64,000 bases of DNA from Squalus acanthias. Its lineage: Eukaryota. The position numbers were made by a program, and so were the translations under genes. The stretch spans positions 6,822,001 through 6,886,000 of the forward strand of contig CM059433.1 in the NCBI GenBank assembly GCA_030390025.1. Direction: 5' to 3'. Shown here in pieces: positions 22,793 to 36,284 of the stretch; position 1 is the stretch's first letter, and each line of letters opens with the position of its first letter. The notes beneath the pieces are model-generated. The model saw nothing but the letters and a program-made list of their open reading frames with translations. It searched no databases and was not told the DNA's origin.

Positions 22793-24129
22793 ATGTTGTG
22801 GTTGATTTATAGTTTTTCTTATCTGTCTAGTGAATGGAACTAATTTTTGATTGGTTTCAACTGACTAAATGCAAACCAATTAGTATGGTTAACTTGTGAA
22901 GGAATAAGCCATACAACCTATTCAGAAAAATACACTGTCTCATGAAAGAATTCTGGCCTTATTAAAACATGACAAACTGGGTTTGGAAATCTAGAAACCT
23001 AACTATGAAAAAGCTGTGAAAGCATTCTGGCTATTGAGATAAGATAGTTGTTGATACTGAATCAATAACTTTATTGAAACAGAAGGTTAAAGGCTCCGGC
23101 AGGCTGAACCTTTCGGAATGAAACAATGGTTCACCCTGGATAAGGTGTTCTAATTTACACTTCGTAAAGAAGCACATAAAAGTAAGACACATCTGCCTTC
23201 GTAAAAATGACATCAAGTAAAAAACACACCTGCCGTCACACCGTTTTTTATGGTAAACTTAGAACACCTAGAGAGGAGACATAATTCTGTAATGCTACCA
23301 GCTGAGGTGACTGTAAGAATTGCAGGAGTCAGCAGAAAAATGACTATAGATAATTAGCTTACATCAGCAGAAAACCTTAAAGGAAATACCACTGGAAAAG
23401 GGTATAAATATTGAACTCTCAAATGGGATAGTAGACTCGCTTTAAAGGGGCAAAACGATTCTCGACTTCAGAGGCAGCTCTGTAAGTCTCCAACTCTTTG
23501 TACCTTGGGGATCAAAGGTATTTGATTTTGGTGGATATCCTGAATAGAACTTTAAGAACTGTAAAACTGTAGCGAAGTTAAGATTTGAGAGTAAGGTTCT
23601 CTGATAATAAGATTGTAAACTTTCTCTTTTTGGAACTGTTAATGTTGCGATTGACTCACCAACTGTAAATTACATGTCGGTTCTTTAATAAATCTATATA
23701 TTTTTAGAATTGTCTCACATAAGACTTCTGTATCAAACTCGCAAACTCAATCTCTGTACACTCTTTGGTGAGGAGTTGCAGAATTCTGGGGGAGTTTTCC
23801 GGACCCTCATAATATCCGGAATGTTACACTCTAGCTAAACTTATTAAAAGTGCTATCTGGAGGACGGTAACATTTTCAGGTTGTTCCTTTCCTTTAGGGA
23901 GAGATAGTCCAGACCTTTAGACCCAATTAGGCGTCTTTAGGATTCGGCTACCTCAAACTTTAGTTGAAAGTGAACGCCTGATCCGGGGTAGCCCTAAAGG
24001 GGCTAAGGACTAGTAATTATCCCTTCAAACTTAGTGGTTATTTGAACCAATCACAATTTTTTTTTGCGCTATGGGAGGCGTAATGTCACAGATGCAAGAC
24101 ATTTAATTATACACAAAGACTGCTCATAA

Positions 24130-27100
24130 AGTCATCGAGTCATAGAGTTATACAGCACAGAAAGAGGCCCTTCGGCCCATCGTGTCCACGCTGGCCATCA
24201 AGCCCTGTCTATTCTAAACCCATTTTCCAGCACTTGGTCCGTAGCCTTGTATGCTATGGCGTTTCAAGTGCTCATCTAAATGCTTCTTGAATGTTGTGAG
24301 GGTTCCTGCCTCTACCACCCTTTCAGGCAGTGAGTTCCAGATTCCAACCACCCTCTGGGTGAAAAAGTTTTTCCTCTACACCTCCTGCCCCTTACCTTGA
24401 AACTATGCCCCTTGGTTATTGACCCCTCTACTAAGGGTAAAAGTTCCTTTCTATCTACCCTATATGCCCCTCATAATTTTGTACACCTCAATCAGGGCCC
24501 CCCTCAGCCTTCTCTGCTCTGAGGAAAACAACCCCAGCCTGTCCAGTCTCTCTTCATAGCTGAAGCGCTCTAGCCCAGGTAACATCCTGGTGACTCTCCT
24601 CTGCACCCTCTCCAATGCAATCACATCCCTCCTATAGTGTGGTGACCAGAACTGCACACAGCATTCCAGCTGTGGCCTAACTAGCGTTTTGTACAGCTCC
24701 ATCATAACCTCCCTGCTCTTATATTCTATGCCTCGGCTAATGAAGGCACGTATCCCATATGCCTTTTTAACCACCTTATCTACCTGTCCTGCTGCCTTCA
24801 GGGATCTATGAACATGCACACCAAGGTCCCTCTGATCCTCTGTCCTTCCTAGGATCCTACCATTCATTGTGTATTCCCTTGCCTTGTTAGTCCTCCCAAA
24901 ATGCATCACCTCACACTTTTCAGGGTTAAATTCCATTTGCCATTGTTCTGCCCATCTGACCAACCCATCTATATCGTCCTGTAGCCTAAGGCTTCCCTCC
25001 TCGCTATTTACCACTCCACCAATTTTCGTGTCATCTGCGAAGTTACTGATCATACCTCCTACATTCATATCTATATCATTAATGTACACTACAAACAGCA
25101 AAGGACCCAGCACCGATCCCTGCGGTACACCACTGGACATAGGCTTCCAGTCACAAAAACAACCTTCGACCATCACCCTCTGCCTCCTGCCACTAAGCCA
25201 ATTTTGGATCCAATGTGCCAAATTGCCCTGGATCCCATGGGCTCTTACCTTCTTGACCAGTCTCCCATGTGGGACTTTGTCAAAAGCCTTACTGAAGTCC
25301 ATGTAGACTACATCAACTGCACTACCCTCATCCACACACCTAGTCACCCCCTCGAAAAATTCAATCAAATTGGTCAGACATGATCTCCCCCTGACAAAGC
25401 CATGCTGACTATCCCTAATTAATCCCTGCCTCTCCAAGTGGAGACTAATTCTGTCCCTCAGAATTTTTTCCAATAATTTCCCTACCACTGATGTTAGGCT
25501 CACTGGCCTGTAATTCCCTGGTTTATCCCTACTACCCTTCTTGAACAATGGTACTACGTTAGCTGTTCTCCAGTCCTCTGGCACCTCCCCTGTGGCCAGA
25601 GAGGTTCTGAAAATTTGTGTCAGAGCCCCTGCAATCTCCTCCCTTGCCTCACACAGCAGCCTGGGATACATCCCGTCAGGGCCTGGGGATTTATCCACTT
25701 TTAAGCCCGCTAAAACCGCTAGTACCTCCTCCCTCTCAATACTAATTTGTTCAAGTATATCACAATTCCCCTGCCTGATTTCTATGCCTACATCACCCTT
25801 CTCCATAGTGAACACAGATGCAAAATATTCATTTAAAACCTCACCTACATCTTCCGGCTCTACACACAGATTGCCACTTTGGTCCCTAATGGGCCCTACT
25901 CTTTCCCTGGTTATCCTCTTGCCCTTAATATACTTATAAAACAACTTGGGATTTTCCTTTATTTTGCCCGCCAATGTTTTTTCATGCCCCCTCTTCGCTC
26001 CCCTAATTTCTTTTTTAAGTACCCCCCCTGCACTTTCTATACTCCTCTAGGGCTTCCACTGTTTTTAGTCCTTTGTATCTGCCAAAAGCCTCCCTTTTTT
26101 TCCTAATCCATTCTTGTATATCCCTTGACATCCAGGGTTCCCTGGGCTTGTTGGTCCCACCCTTGACCTTTACGGGAACATGTTGGCGTTGTACTCTCTC
26201 TATTTCCTTTCTGAAAGACTCCCATTGCTCTGATGTGGATTTTCCTACAAGTAGCTGATCCCAGTCCATTTTGGCCAGATCCTGCCTTATCATATTAAAA
26301 TCGGCCTTCCCCCAAATTAGAACCTTTATTTCCAGTCCATCTTTGTCCTTTACCATGACTACCTTAAATCTCACCGAATTATGGTCACTGTCACCAAAAT
26401 GCTCTCCTCCTGACACATCTACCACTTGCCCGGCTACATTCCCTAGAATTAGGTCCAGTACCGCCCCCTCTCTTGTAGGACTTTCTACATGCTGGCTCAA
26501 AAAGCTCTCCTGGATGCACTTTAAGAATTCCGCACCCTATAAGCCTTTCACATTCTGACTATCCCACTTAATATTGGGGAAGTTGAAATCCCCTACTATT
26601 ATTATCCTATTATTTCTACACTTCTCTGAGATTTGCCTACATATCTGTTCCTCTATCTCCCCCTGACTGTTTGGGGGCCTATAGTACACTCCCAGCAAAG
26701 TGCTTGCCCCCTTTTTGTTTTTAAGTTCTACCCATATGGCCTCATTAGAGGAACCTGCTAAGATGATATCCCTCCTTACAGCAGTAATTGACTCCTTGAT
26801 TAATAGAAACATAGAAACATAGAAGATAGGAGCAGGAGTAGGCCATTCGGCCCCTCGAGCCTGCTCCGCCATTCGATGAGATCATGGCTGATCATCCAAA
26901 CTCAGTACCCTGTACCTGCCTTCTCCCCATATCCCTTGATACCTTTAGCTTTAAGAAATATATCTAACTCATTCTTGAATATATTTCATGACTTGGCCTC
27001 AACTACCTTCTGTGGTAGAGAATTCCACAGGTTCACCACTCTCTGGGTGAAGAAATTCTTCCTCATTTCTGTCCTAAATGGCTTACCCGTTATCCTTAGA

Positions 27101-30100
27101 TTATGACCCCTGGTTCTGGACTCTCCGACCATCAGGAACATTCTTCCTGCATCTAGTTTGTCCAGACCTGTCAGAATTTTATATGTTTCGATGAGATCCC
27201 CTCTCATTCTTTGATACTCCAGCGAGTATAAGCCTAATCGACCCAATCTCTCCTCATATGTCATTCCTGCCATCCCAGGTATCAGCCTTGTGAATCTTCG
27301 CTGAACTCCTTCCATGGCAAGAACATCCTTCCTCAGATAAGGCGACCAAAACTGCACACAGTACTCAAGGTGTGGTCTCACCAAGGCCCTGTACAACTGC
27401 AGCAGGACATCCCTGTTCCTATACTCAAACCCTTTCGCTATGAAGGCCAACATACCATTTGCCTTCTTCACCGCCTGCTGCACCTGCATGCTTACTTTCA
27501 GCGACTGGTGCACAAGGACACCTAGGTCTCGTTGCACTTCCCCTTCTCCCAATCTATTGCCATTCAGATAATAGTCTGCCTTTCTGTTTTTGACTCCAAA
27601 GTGGATAACCTCGCACTTATCCACGTTATATTGCATCTGCCACGCTTCTGCCCACTCACCCAACCTGTCCAAATCATCCTGGTGTTTCTCGGTATCCTCC
27701 TCGCAGCACACACTCCCACCCAGCTTTGTGTCATCTGCAAACTTGGAGATATTACATTTAGTTCCCTTATCTAGATCATTAATGTATATTGTGAATAGCT
27801 GGGGTCCAAGGACCGATCCCTGCGGTACCCCACTAGTCACTGCTTGCCACTCGGAAAAAGACCCATTAATTCCTACTCTCTGCTTTCTGTCCACCAACCA
27901 GTTCTCTATCCAAGTCAATACCTTGCCCCCAATCCCATGTGCCTTAACTTTACACGCTAATCTCTTATGCGGGACCTTATCGAAAGCCTTTTGAAAGTCC
28001 AAATACACCACATCTACTGGTTCCCCCTTATCTATTTTCCCAGTTACATCCTCAAAAATTTCCAGTAGATTAGTCAAGCACGATTTACCTTTTGTAAATC
28101 CATGTTGACTTTGTCCGATCCTGTCACTGTTTTTCAAGTGCTCAGCTATTACATCCTTTATAATGGACTCTAGGATTTTCCCCAATACCGATGTCAGGCT
28201 TACCGGTCTGTAATTCCCCGCTTTCTCTCTACCAGCCTTTTTGAATAGTGGGGTAACATTGGCTACCCTCCAATCCATGGGTACAGTTCCAGATTCCATC
28301 GAATGTTGGAAGATGATCAGCAATGCATCTACTATTTCTAGGGCCACTTCCTTAAGTATCCTAGGATGTAGATTATCAGGCCCTGGGGATTTATCGGCCT
28401 TCAATCCCATCAATTTCCCTAACACCATTTCCCTGCAAATACTGATTTCTTTCAGTTCCTCCCTTTCATCAGATCGTATGTTCTCCAACATCTCTGGGAG
28501 GTTATTTGTGTCCTCTTTTGTGAAGACAGAACCAAAAAAGGCATTTAATTGGTCTGCCATTTCTTTGTTCCCCATTATAACTTCCCCCGCTTCTGACTGC
28601 AAGGGACCTACACTTGATTTCACTAATCTTTTTCTCTTCACATATCTATAAAAGCTCTTACAGTCAGTTTTTATGTTCCCAGCAAGCTTACTTTCATATT
28701 CTATTTTCCCCTTCTTAATTAATCCCTTTGTCCTCCTTTGTTGAATCCTAAACTGCTCCCAATCCTCAGGGCTACCGCTTTTTCTGGCCAATTTATATGC
28801 CCTCTCCTTGGATCTTATGCTATCCCTAATTTCCCTTGTTAGCCACGGTTGAGTCACCCTTTTTGTTTTATTCTTATGCCACACTGGGATGAACAAATTC
28901 TGTAGTTCATCCATGCAGTCTTTGAATGTTTGCCATTGCCTATCCACCGCCAACCCCTTGAGTGACATTCCCCAATCAATCCTACCCAATTCGCGCCTCA
29001 TACCATCGTAGTTTCCTTTATTTAAATTCAGGACCCTAGTCTCTGATTCAACGACTTCACTCTCCATCCTAATGAAGAATTCTATCATATTATGATCACT
29101 CTGACCCAAGGGGCCTCGTACAACAAGATTGCTAATTAATCCTTTCTCGTTACATAATACCCAGTCTAAGATGGCCTGATCTCTGGTTGGTTCCTCGACA
29201 TACTGTTCCAGAAAACCATCTCATAAACATTCTAGGAATTCCTCCTCCACAGTATTTTTACTAATTTGGTTAGCCCAATCTATATGTAAATTAAAGTCAC
29301 CCATGATGACTGCTGTGCCCTTACTGCATGCTTCTCTAATTTCCCTTTTAATGCCGTCCCCAACCTCCGTATTACTGTTTGGAGGTCTATATACCACTCC
29401 CACTAACGTTTTCTGCCCCTTGTTATTTCTCAGTTCTACCCATACAGATTCCGCATCATCAGAGCTAATATCCTTCCTTTCAATTGTGTTAATCCCCTCT
29501 TTAACCAGCAATGCTACCCCACCTCCCTTTCTTTTTTGCCTATCTTTCCTAAATATTGAATAACCCTGGATGTTGAGTTCCCAGCCTTGGCCACCCTGGA
29601 GCCATGTTTCTGTAATCCCAATCAAATCGTATTCATTTACCTCTATTTGCGCAGCTAATTCATCCACCTTGTTCCGAATGCTCCTTGCATTAAGACACAA
29701 AGCCTTCAGGCTTGTTTTTTTAACGCTCTCAGACCTATATGAATTATTATTTACTGTGACCATGTTTGATTTAAACCGTTGAGTTCTTTGCCTTCTACTT
29801 TTGTTTTTCTCCTTCCTGTCTTTAGCTTTTATCCTTGCTTCCCTTTCCTCTGTCTCCCTGCTCAGGTTCCCAACCCCCTGCCACTTTAGTTTAAACCCTC
29901 CCCAACAGCACTAGCAAACACTCCCCCTAGGACATCGGTCCCGGCCCTGCCCAGGTGCAGACCGTCCCGTTTGTACTGGTCCCACCTCCCCCAGAACCGG
30001 TTCCAATGTCTAAGGAATTTGAATCCCTCCCCCTTGCACCATTTCTCTAGCCACGTATTCATTTGAAATATCCTCCTATTTCTACTCTGACTAGCACATG

Positions 30101-30700
30101 GCACTGGTAGCAATCCTGAGATTACTACCTTTGAGGTCCTCTTTTTTAATTTACCTCCTAACTCCCTATATTCTGCTTTTAGGACCTCATCCCATTTTTT
30201 ACCTATATCGTTGATGCCTATGTGCACCACGACAACTGGCTGCTCGCCCTCCCCCTCCAAAATGTTCTGTAGCCGCTCCGAGACGTCCTTGACCCTTGCA
30301 CCAGGGAGGCAACACCCCCTCCTCTTTTACACCCCCCCTCTGTCTCGCCTGAAGATTCTATACCCCGGAATATTGAGCTGCCAGTCCTGCCCCTCCCTCA
30401 ACCATGTCTCTGTGATAGCAACAATATCATACTCCCATGTGTTCATCAACACCTTCAATTCATCTGCCTTACTCGCAAGACTCCGAAAATAAATGCCATC
30501 CAGCCTTGCCATACTCCCTTGTGCCGTTACATATTTGCTCTGCCTTCCAGGCTGACTTGTTTTTTCCTCTATATTTGGCTGTGCATCACCCCCTACTATA
30601 GCTCCACTCCATATCCCATCCCCCTGCCAAGTTAGTTTAAACCCCCCCCAACAGTACTAGCAAACCTCCCCGCAAGGATGTTGGTCCCATTCCGGTTCCC
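24130..30700 (-). mobile_element. CR1 LINE 'A' (ORF1 tail plus disrupted ORF2), split by nested CR1 'B'
   Basis: RT ORF 24460-25974, EN pieces 26015-26500, 26537-26800 and 30327-30512, ORF1 end ...STVGGGLN at ~30632-30700. Confidence 0.92.
26806..30313 (-). mobile_element. CR1 LINE 'B', young, partial ORF1 (SGNH esterase-like) plus ORF2 with two in-frame stops
   Basis: VVVHIG.ND...DGLHL (29886-30260); EN 29221-29763 in the same frame as RT 26986-29109; (catagaaa)n tail. Confidence 0.95.
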
Positions 30701-30940
30701 ACTTAAAACAATTTTATCAACATTGTGTTCATTATAATACACATTAATACAGATATCTGTATGAGTTAACGTAGCTATTTGCTTTATGTAAACAATATAT
30801 TTTGAGACTCGTAAAATTTCTTTGATTGCGTAAGTGTTTTTTGAATATGATGGGAATCTTAGATTTAATGACACAATAGAATTCAAAAAATGAAATAGAA
30901 CCTGGTCTGGTGCTGGTCTCCCTAGATTCTTAAATTTATT

Positions 30941-31686
30941 GGGCCAAAAATTCGGCCCTTCCCGGGTGAGTACACAGTGCGTACTCACCCGTAAAGCGTC
31001 CCGAAGTGCCGGTTCCCTGCATGCACTGCACATGCGCGGGAAACCGGAACTTCCGGTCTGGTGAAGGGGGCGGTTCCTAGGTGAAACGCGTGTGCGGTAG
31101 AGGCTGCGCGCACGCAGCAAACTTAGATTTCTTTTCAGGTTTCTACGGGAGAGTAAGTAGTGAAGAACCTACGCTTATAAAAAGGAGGCGCAGCAGCCGT
31201 TTTCAACAAGGCAAGTGGAAAACATTTTTCAACAGGTTTATCTTTTTTAGATACTTTAAAGAAAGGTAAGTTTATTTTTATCACTTTTAAAAAGTATTTT
31301 AATTTTTTCAAAAATTTAAATTTTTGTTTAAAGTGGTTAATTTATTTAACTATAGTTATTTTATAAATGTGATGGTTTTAAAAAAAATTATTTTAAGTTT
31401 AGCTGTTCTTTTGGGGCCAATTTCAATTCACAGATTTGACAGGTCTCCTGTCAAATCTATGAATGAATGATGGTCTGCTGCCATTGGCTCTCCATGGCCC
31501 ACGTGATCCCAGGGGACGCATCGCACTAACTGCGCCCCTGGGACACGCAAGCACTGCGCGCCGGCTCTTGGAGCAGGACCAGGAGCTGAAGTTCCCATGG
31601 GCCCAAAACACAACGGCAGGCGCGGTAGGTAAGAGCGCGCATGATCCTTACCCCCGCGGCAAGCCGGAGAGGCGAATTTCTGGGCC
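30941..31686. mobile_element. ~750-bp MITE-like element, TIR gggccaaaaattcg / cgaatttctgggcc, AT-rich centre
   Basis: Imperfect TIRs flanked by att/aat; internal hairpins at 30963-30991 and ~31426-31464. Confidence 0.7.
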
Positions 31687-31814
31687 AATACCTCTCTAAC
31701 ACAAAGATACAAAGAAACAGAAAAATCAGTCAACAGTCATTATTTTGCTGTATGGTGAGCCTTCCAACAACATATATACTGTTCAGTTATAGAGAGTCAA
31801 GTTTACAAAATATA

Positions 31815-34800
31815 TACATAAGAACATAAGAACATAAGAAATAGGAGCAGGAGTAGGCCAATTGGCCCCTCGAGCCTGCTCCGCCATTCAATAAGATCAT
31901 GGCTGATCTGATTCTAACTGCCAATCTACTATCACAGAACCATCTCCTGAACCTAACAGAATTGGACACACGAAATAGGAGCAGGATCAGGCTACACGGC
32001 CCCTGGGCCCGCTACGCTACCCACAGGGCCATGACCGATCCGAACCTAGACTCATGTCCAAATTCCTGCCCGCTCCCCGTAACCCTTAATTCCCTTTACT
32101 TCTAGGAAACTGTCTATTTCTGTTTTAAATTTATGTAATGATGTAGCTTCTACAGCTTTTTGGGGCAGCATATTCCATGGACCTACCACCCTCTGAGTGA
32201 AATAGTTCCTTCTCATCTCAGTTTTGAAAGAGCAGCCCCTTATTCTAAGACTATGCCCCCTAGTTCTAGTTTCACCCATCATCGGGAACATCCTCCCCGC
32301 ATCCACCCGATCCAACCCCTTCACAATCTTATATGTTTCAATAAGATCGCCTCTCATTCTTCTGAACTCCAATGAGTAGAGTCCCAATCTACCCAACCTC
32401 TCCTCATATGTCCATCCCCTCATCCCCGGGATTAACCGAGTGAACCTTTTTTGTACTGCCTCGAGAGCAAGGATGTCTTTCCTTAAGTATGGACACCAAA
32501 ACTGTATGCAGTATTCCAGGTGCGGTCTCACCAATACCTTGTACAACTGAAGCAATACCTCCCTATTTTTATATTCTATCCCCTGAGCAATGAAAGCCAA
32601 CATTCCATTGGCCTTCTTAATCACTTGCTGCACCTGCATACTAACCTTTTGAGTTTCGTGCACCAGGACCCCCAGATCCCTTTGTACTTCAGTACTTTCC
32701 AGTTTCTTGCCATTTAGATAATAACTTGCTCTACTATTTTTCCTGCCAAAGTGCATAACCTCACACTTTCCCGTATTGTATTCCATCTGCCAAATCTCTG
32801 CCCACTTACTTAGCCTGTCTATGTCCCCTTGCAGATTTTTTATGTCCTCCTCACTCACTACTTTCCCTCCCATCTTAGTATCATCTGCAAACTTTGATAC
32901 GTTACACTCGGTCCCCTCCTCCAAATCGTTAATATAGATTGTAAAGAGTTGGGGACCCAGCACTGACCCCTGCGGAACACCACTAGTTACTGATTGCCAG
33001 TCTGAGAATGAACCATTTATCCCAACTCTCTGCCTTCTGTTAGATAGCCAATCCTCTATCCATGCCAGAATATTACCCCCAATCCCGTGATTTTTTATCT
33101 TAAGCAATAATCTTTTGTGTGGCACCTTGTCAAATGCCTTTTGGAAGTCTAAATACACCACATCCACTGGTTCCCCTTTATCCACCCTGTGTGTTACTTC
33201 CTCAAAGAACTCCAGCAAATTTGTCAAACATGACTTCCCCTTCATAAAACTATGCTGACTTTGTCCTATTAAATTATGATTATCCAAATGTCCCGTTACT
33301 GTCTCCTTAATAATGGACTCCAAAATTTTACCTACCACAGATGTTAGGCTAACCGGTCTATAGTTTCCAGCCTTCTGTCTACTGCCCTTTTTAAATAAGG
33401 GTATTACATTAGCAGTTTTCCAGTCTGCCGGGATCTTTTCTGAGTCCAGGGAGTTTTGGAAAATTATTACCAATGCATCCACAATCCCTACCGCCACTTC
33501 CCTCAAGACCCTAGGATGTAAGCCATCAGGTCCAGGTGATTTATCCGCCTTGAGTCCCATTATTTTACCGAGTACCACTTCCTTAGTGATTTTGATCGTG
33601 TTTAGCTCCTCCCCCCCATAGCCCCCTGTTTGTCCAGTGTTGGGATATTCTTAGTGTCCTCTACTGTAAAGACTGATACAAAATATTCATTCAGTGTATT
33701 TGCCATCTCCATATTTCCCACCATTAATTTCCCGGTCTCATCCTCTAAGGGACCAACATTTACTTTAGCCACCCTTTTTCTTTTTATATAACTATAAAAA
33801 CTCTTACTATCTGTTTTTATATGTTTTGCTAATTTACTTTCATAATCTATCTTCCCTTTCTTAATCAATCTTTTTGTTATTTTTTGCTGTCTTTTAAAGT
33901 TTTCCCAATCCTCTATCCTCCCACTAGATTTTGCTACCTTATAACCCCTTGTTTTTAGTCGAATATTATCCTTAATTTCTTTACTTAGCCATGGATGACT
34001 GTCTTTTCTTTTACACCCTTTTCTTCTCAGTGGAATATATATTTTTTGGAAGTTGTAAAATAACTCCTTAAATGTACACCACTGATCATGTATCGTCTTA
34101 CCACTTAATCTATTTTCCCAATCCACTCTACTCAATTCTGCTCACATACCTTCATAGTCTCCTTTATTCAAGCTTAGCACACTTGTTTGAGATCCAACCT
34201 TCTCACCCTCTAATTGAATATGGAATTCAACCATGTTATGGTCACTCATTCCAAGGGGATCCTTTACTAGGACATTTTTAATTAATCCTGTCTCGTTACA
34301 CAGGACCAGATCTAAGGTTGCTTGCCCCCTGGTCAGTTCAGTTACATACTGCTCAAGAAACCCATCCCTAATACACTCAATGAACTCATCTTCAAGGCAG
34401 CCCTGCCCAATTTGATTTGTCCAATTAATATGATAGTTAAAATCCCCCATAATTATAGATGTTCCCTTATTACAAGCCTCAACTATTTCCCGATTGATAC
34501 TCCGTCCAACAGAGTTGCAACTGTTCGGAGGCCTATAGACTACGCCCACTAGTGTTTTTTTCCACTTATTATTCCTTATCTCCACCCAAACTGTTTCATT
34601 ATCCTGATCTTTTGACCCAATATCATTTCTCTGTATTACAGTGATTCCTTCCCTTATTAACATAGCCACCCCACCTCCCCTTCCTTCCTGCCTGTCCTTC
34701 CTGATCATTAAATAACCTGGTATGTTTAATTCCCAGGCATTGTCACCCTGCAGCCATGTTTCTGTAATGGCCACAAGATCATACCCATATGTAGTTATTT

Positions 34801-35640
34801 GTGCCATTAACTCATCTATTTTGTTACGAATGCTACGTGCATTCAGATAGAGAACTTTCAAATATGTTTTGTGACACTTAGTTCCTGCTTTTGCCCTTTT
34901 TATTACTTTACCTTTTATTCCATACCTTCTGCCCCTTCCTGACACACTCTGGTTTTTAATCTCCCCACTGCTACCTAAGTCTATGACCTTCTCTGTTGTC
35001 ATTTTTATTATTTGCTCTCTAGGAACCTCCCCCCCACTAGTTAGTTTAAAGCCCTCTCTACAGCCCTAGTTATATGATCCGCCAGGACTCTAGTCCCAGC
35101 ACTGGCCAAGTGAAGCCCGTCCCAACAGAACAGCTCCCTCCTGCCCCAGTACTGGTGCCAGTGTCCCAGGAAGCAAAACCCATTTCTCCCACACCAGTCT
35201 TTGAGCCACTCATTTAACTCTCTAATTTTATTTGTCCTAGCCAAATTCACTCGTGGCTCAGGTAATAATCCAAAGATTAATACCCTTGAGGTTCTGTTTT
35301 TCAATTTAACCCCTAGCTGCTCATACTCCTTTAACAGAACCTGCTTCCTTGTCCTATCTACGTCGTTTGTACCAACATGGACCACGACAACTGGATCCAC
35401 CCCCTCCCACTGCAAGTTTCTTTCCAGCCCAGAGGAGATGTCCTTAACCCTGGCACCAGGCAGGCAACACAGCCTACGGGACTCTCGCTCTCGGCTGCAG
35501 AGAACTCTATCTATCCCCCTAATAATACTATCCCCTACCACTACAACATTTCTATTTACTCCCCCCTCTTGAATGGCCCCCCGTTCCACGGTGCTGTGGC
35601 CAGGTTGCTCATCCTCCCTGCAGTCCCCGCTCCCGTACAT
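31815..35640 (-). mobile_element. CR1 LINE 'C', near full-length: ORF1 esterase domain plus ORF2 (one nonsense, one frameshift)
   Basis: VVVVGDSIIRG...PGA.V.D...HVGTND...DGLHL (35041-35640); EN 34142-35002; 33602-34135; RT 32052-33578; (acataaga)n tail. Confidence 0.95.
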
Positions 35641-36284
35641 ATAATGGCCCTGAATTCACGGTCGGTGGTGTAGCTAAGAAGTGCGGTCAACATCCGAACG
35701 AAATCCGGACTTACCTTGTGCATACCGCGCCCCCCCCCCCCCTTCAGCACAGCAAAGTGAATGACATTTTCTAGTTCAGGGCGAGAGCAGGAAATGGCAC
35801 CGATACTGTCATCAATGTACCGGAAAAAGAGGTGAGGGAGGGGACCCGAGTAGGACCTCCGTGCTGAGGGTGCAGCAACTCAACATTTAGATTCATGCCA
35901 TGCTTCTATACCAAAATATTAAGCAAGTACACAAAGATGAATAGACTTACTTTGGCCATTCCTCCTGATGCCTTTGAACTTCTGCTGCTGTTGCCTGGCC
36001 CCAGTGGGCCTACTTGAGACGGCATTATCACAATGTAGAACCATGCACCTTGGACCTGTGATTTAACAGAAGGGTGGCCCTCTGCTCCTTTCCTGAAACT
36101 TGTACAGCAGGCCCTCCAACGATTCCTCTGAAAAGGAAGGAATCTTCTCCACACATTTTGGAAGCAAACAATATCCACACCTCTCCACAGTAATGACGAT
36201 TTCTGCAGGCATGTTGATAGAAAAACAAAAAAAAATCCTCCCATAGGACCATTGAAATTTATTGCACAGAAGGAGGGCATTCAT

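Noticed and set aside
24869..28651. Several 130-145 aa plus-strand ORFs
   Set aside because: Antisense shadows of CR1 ORF2
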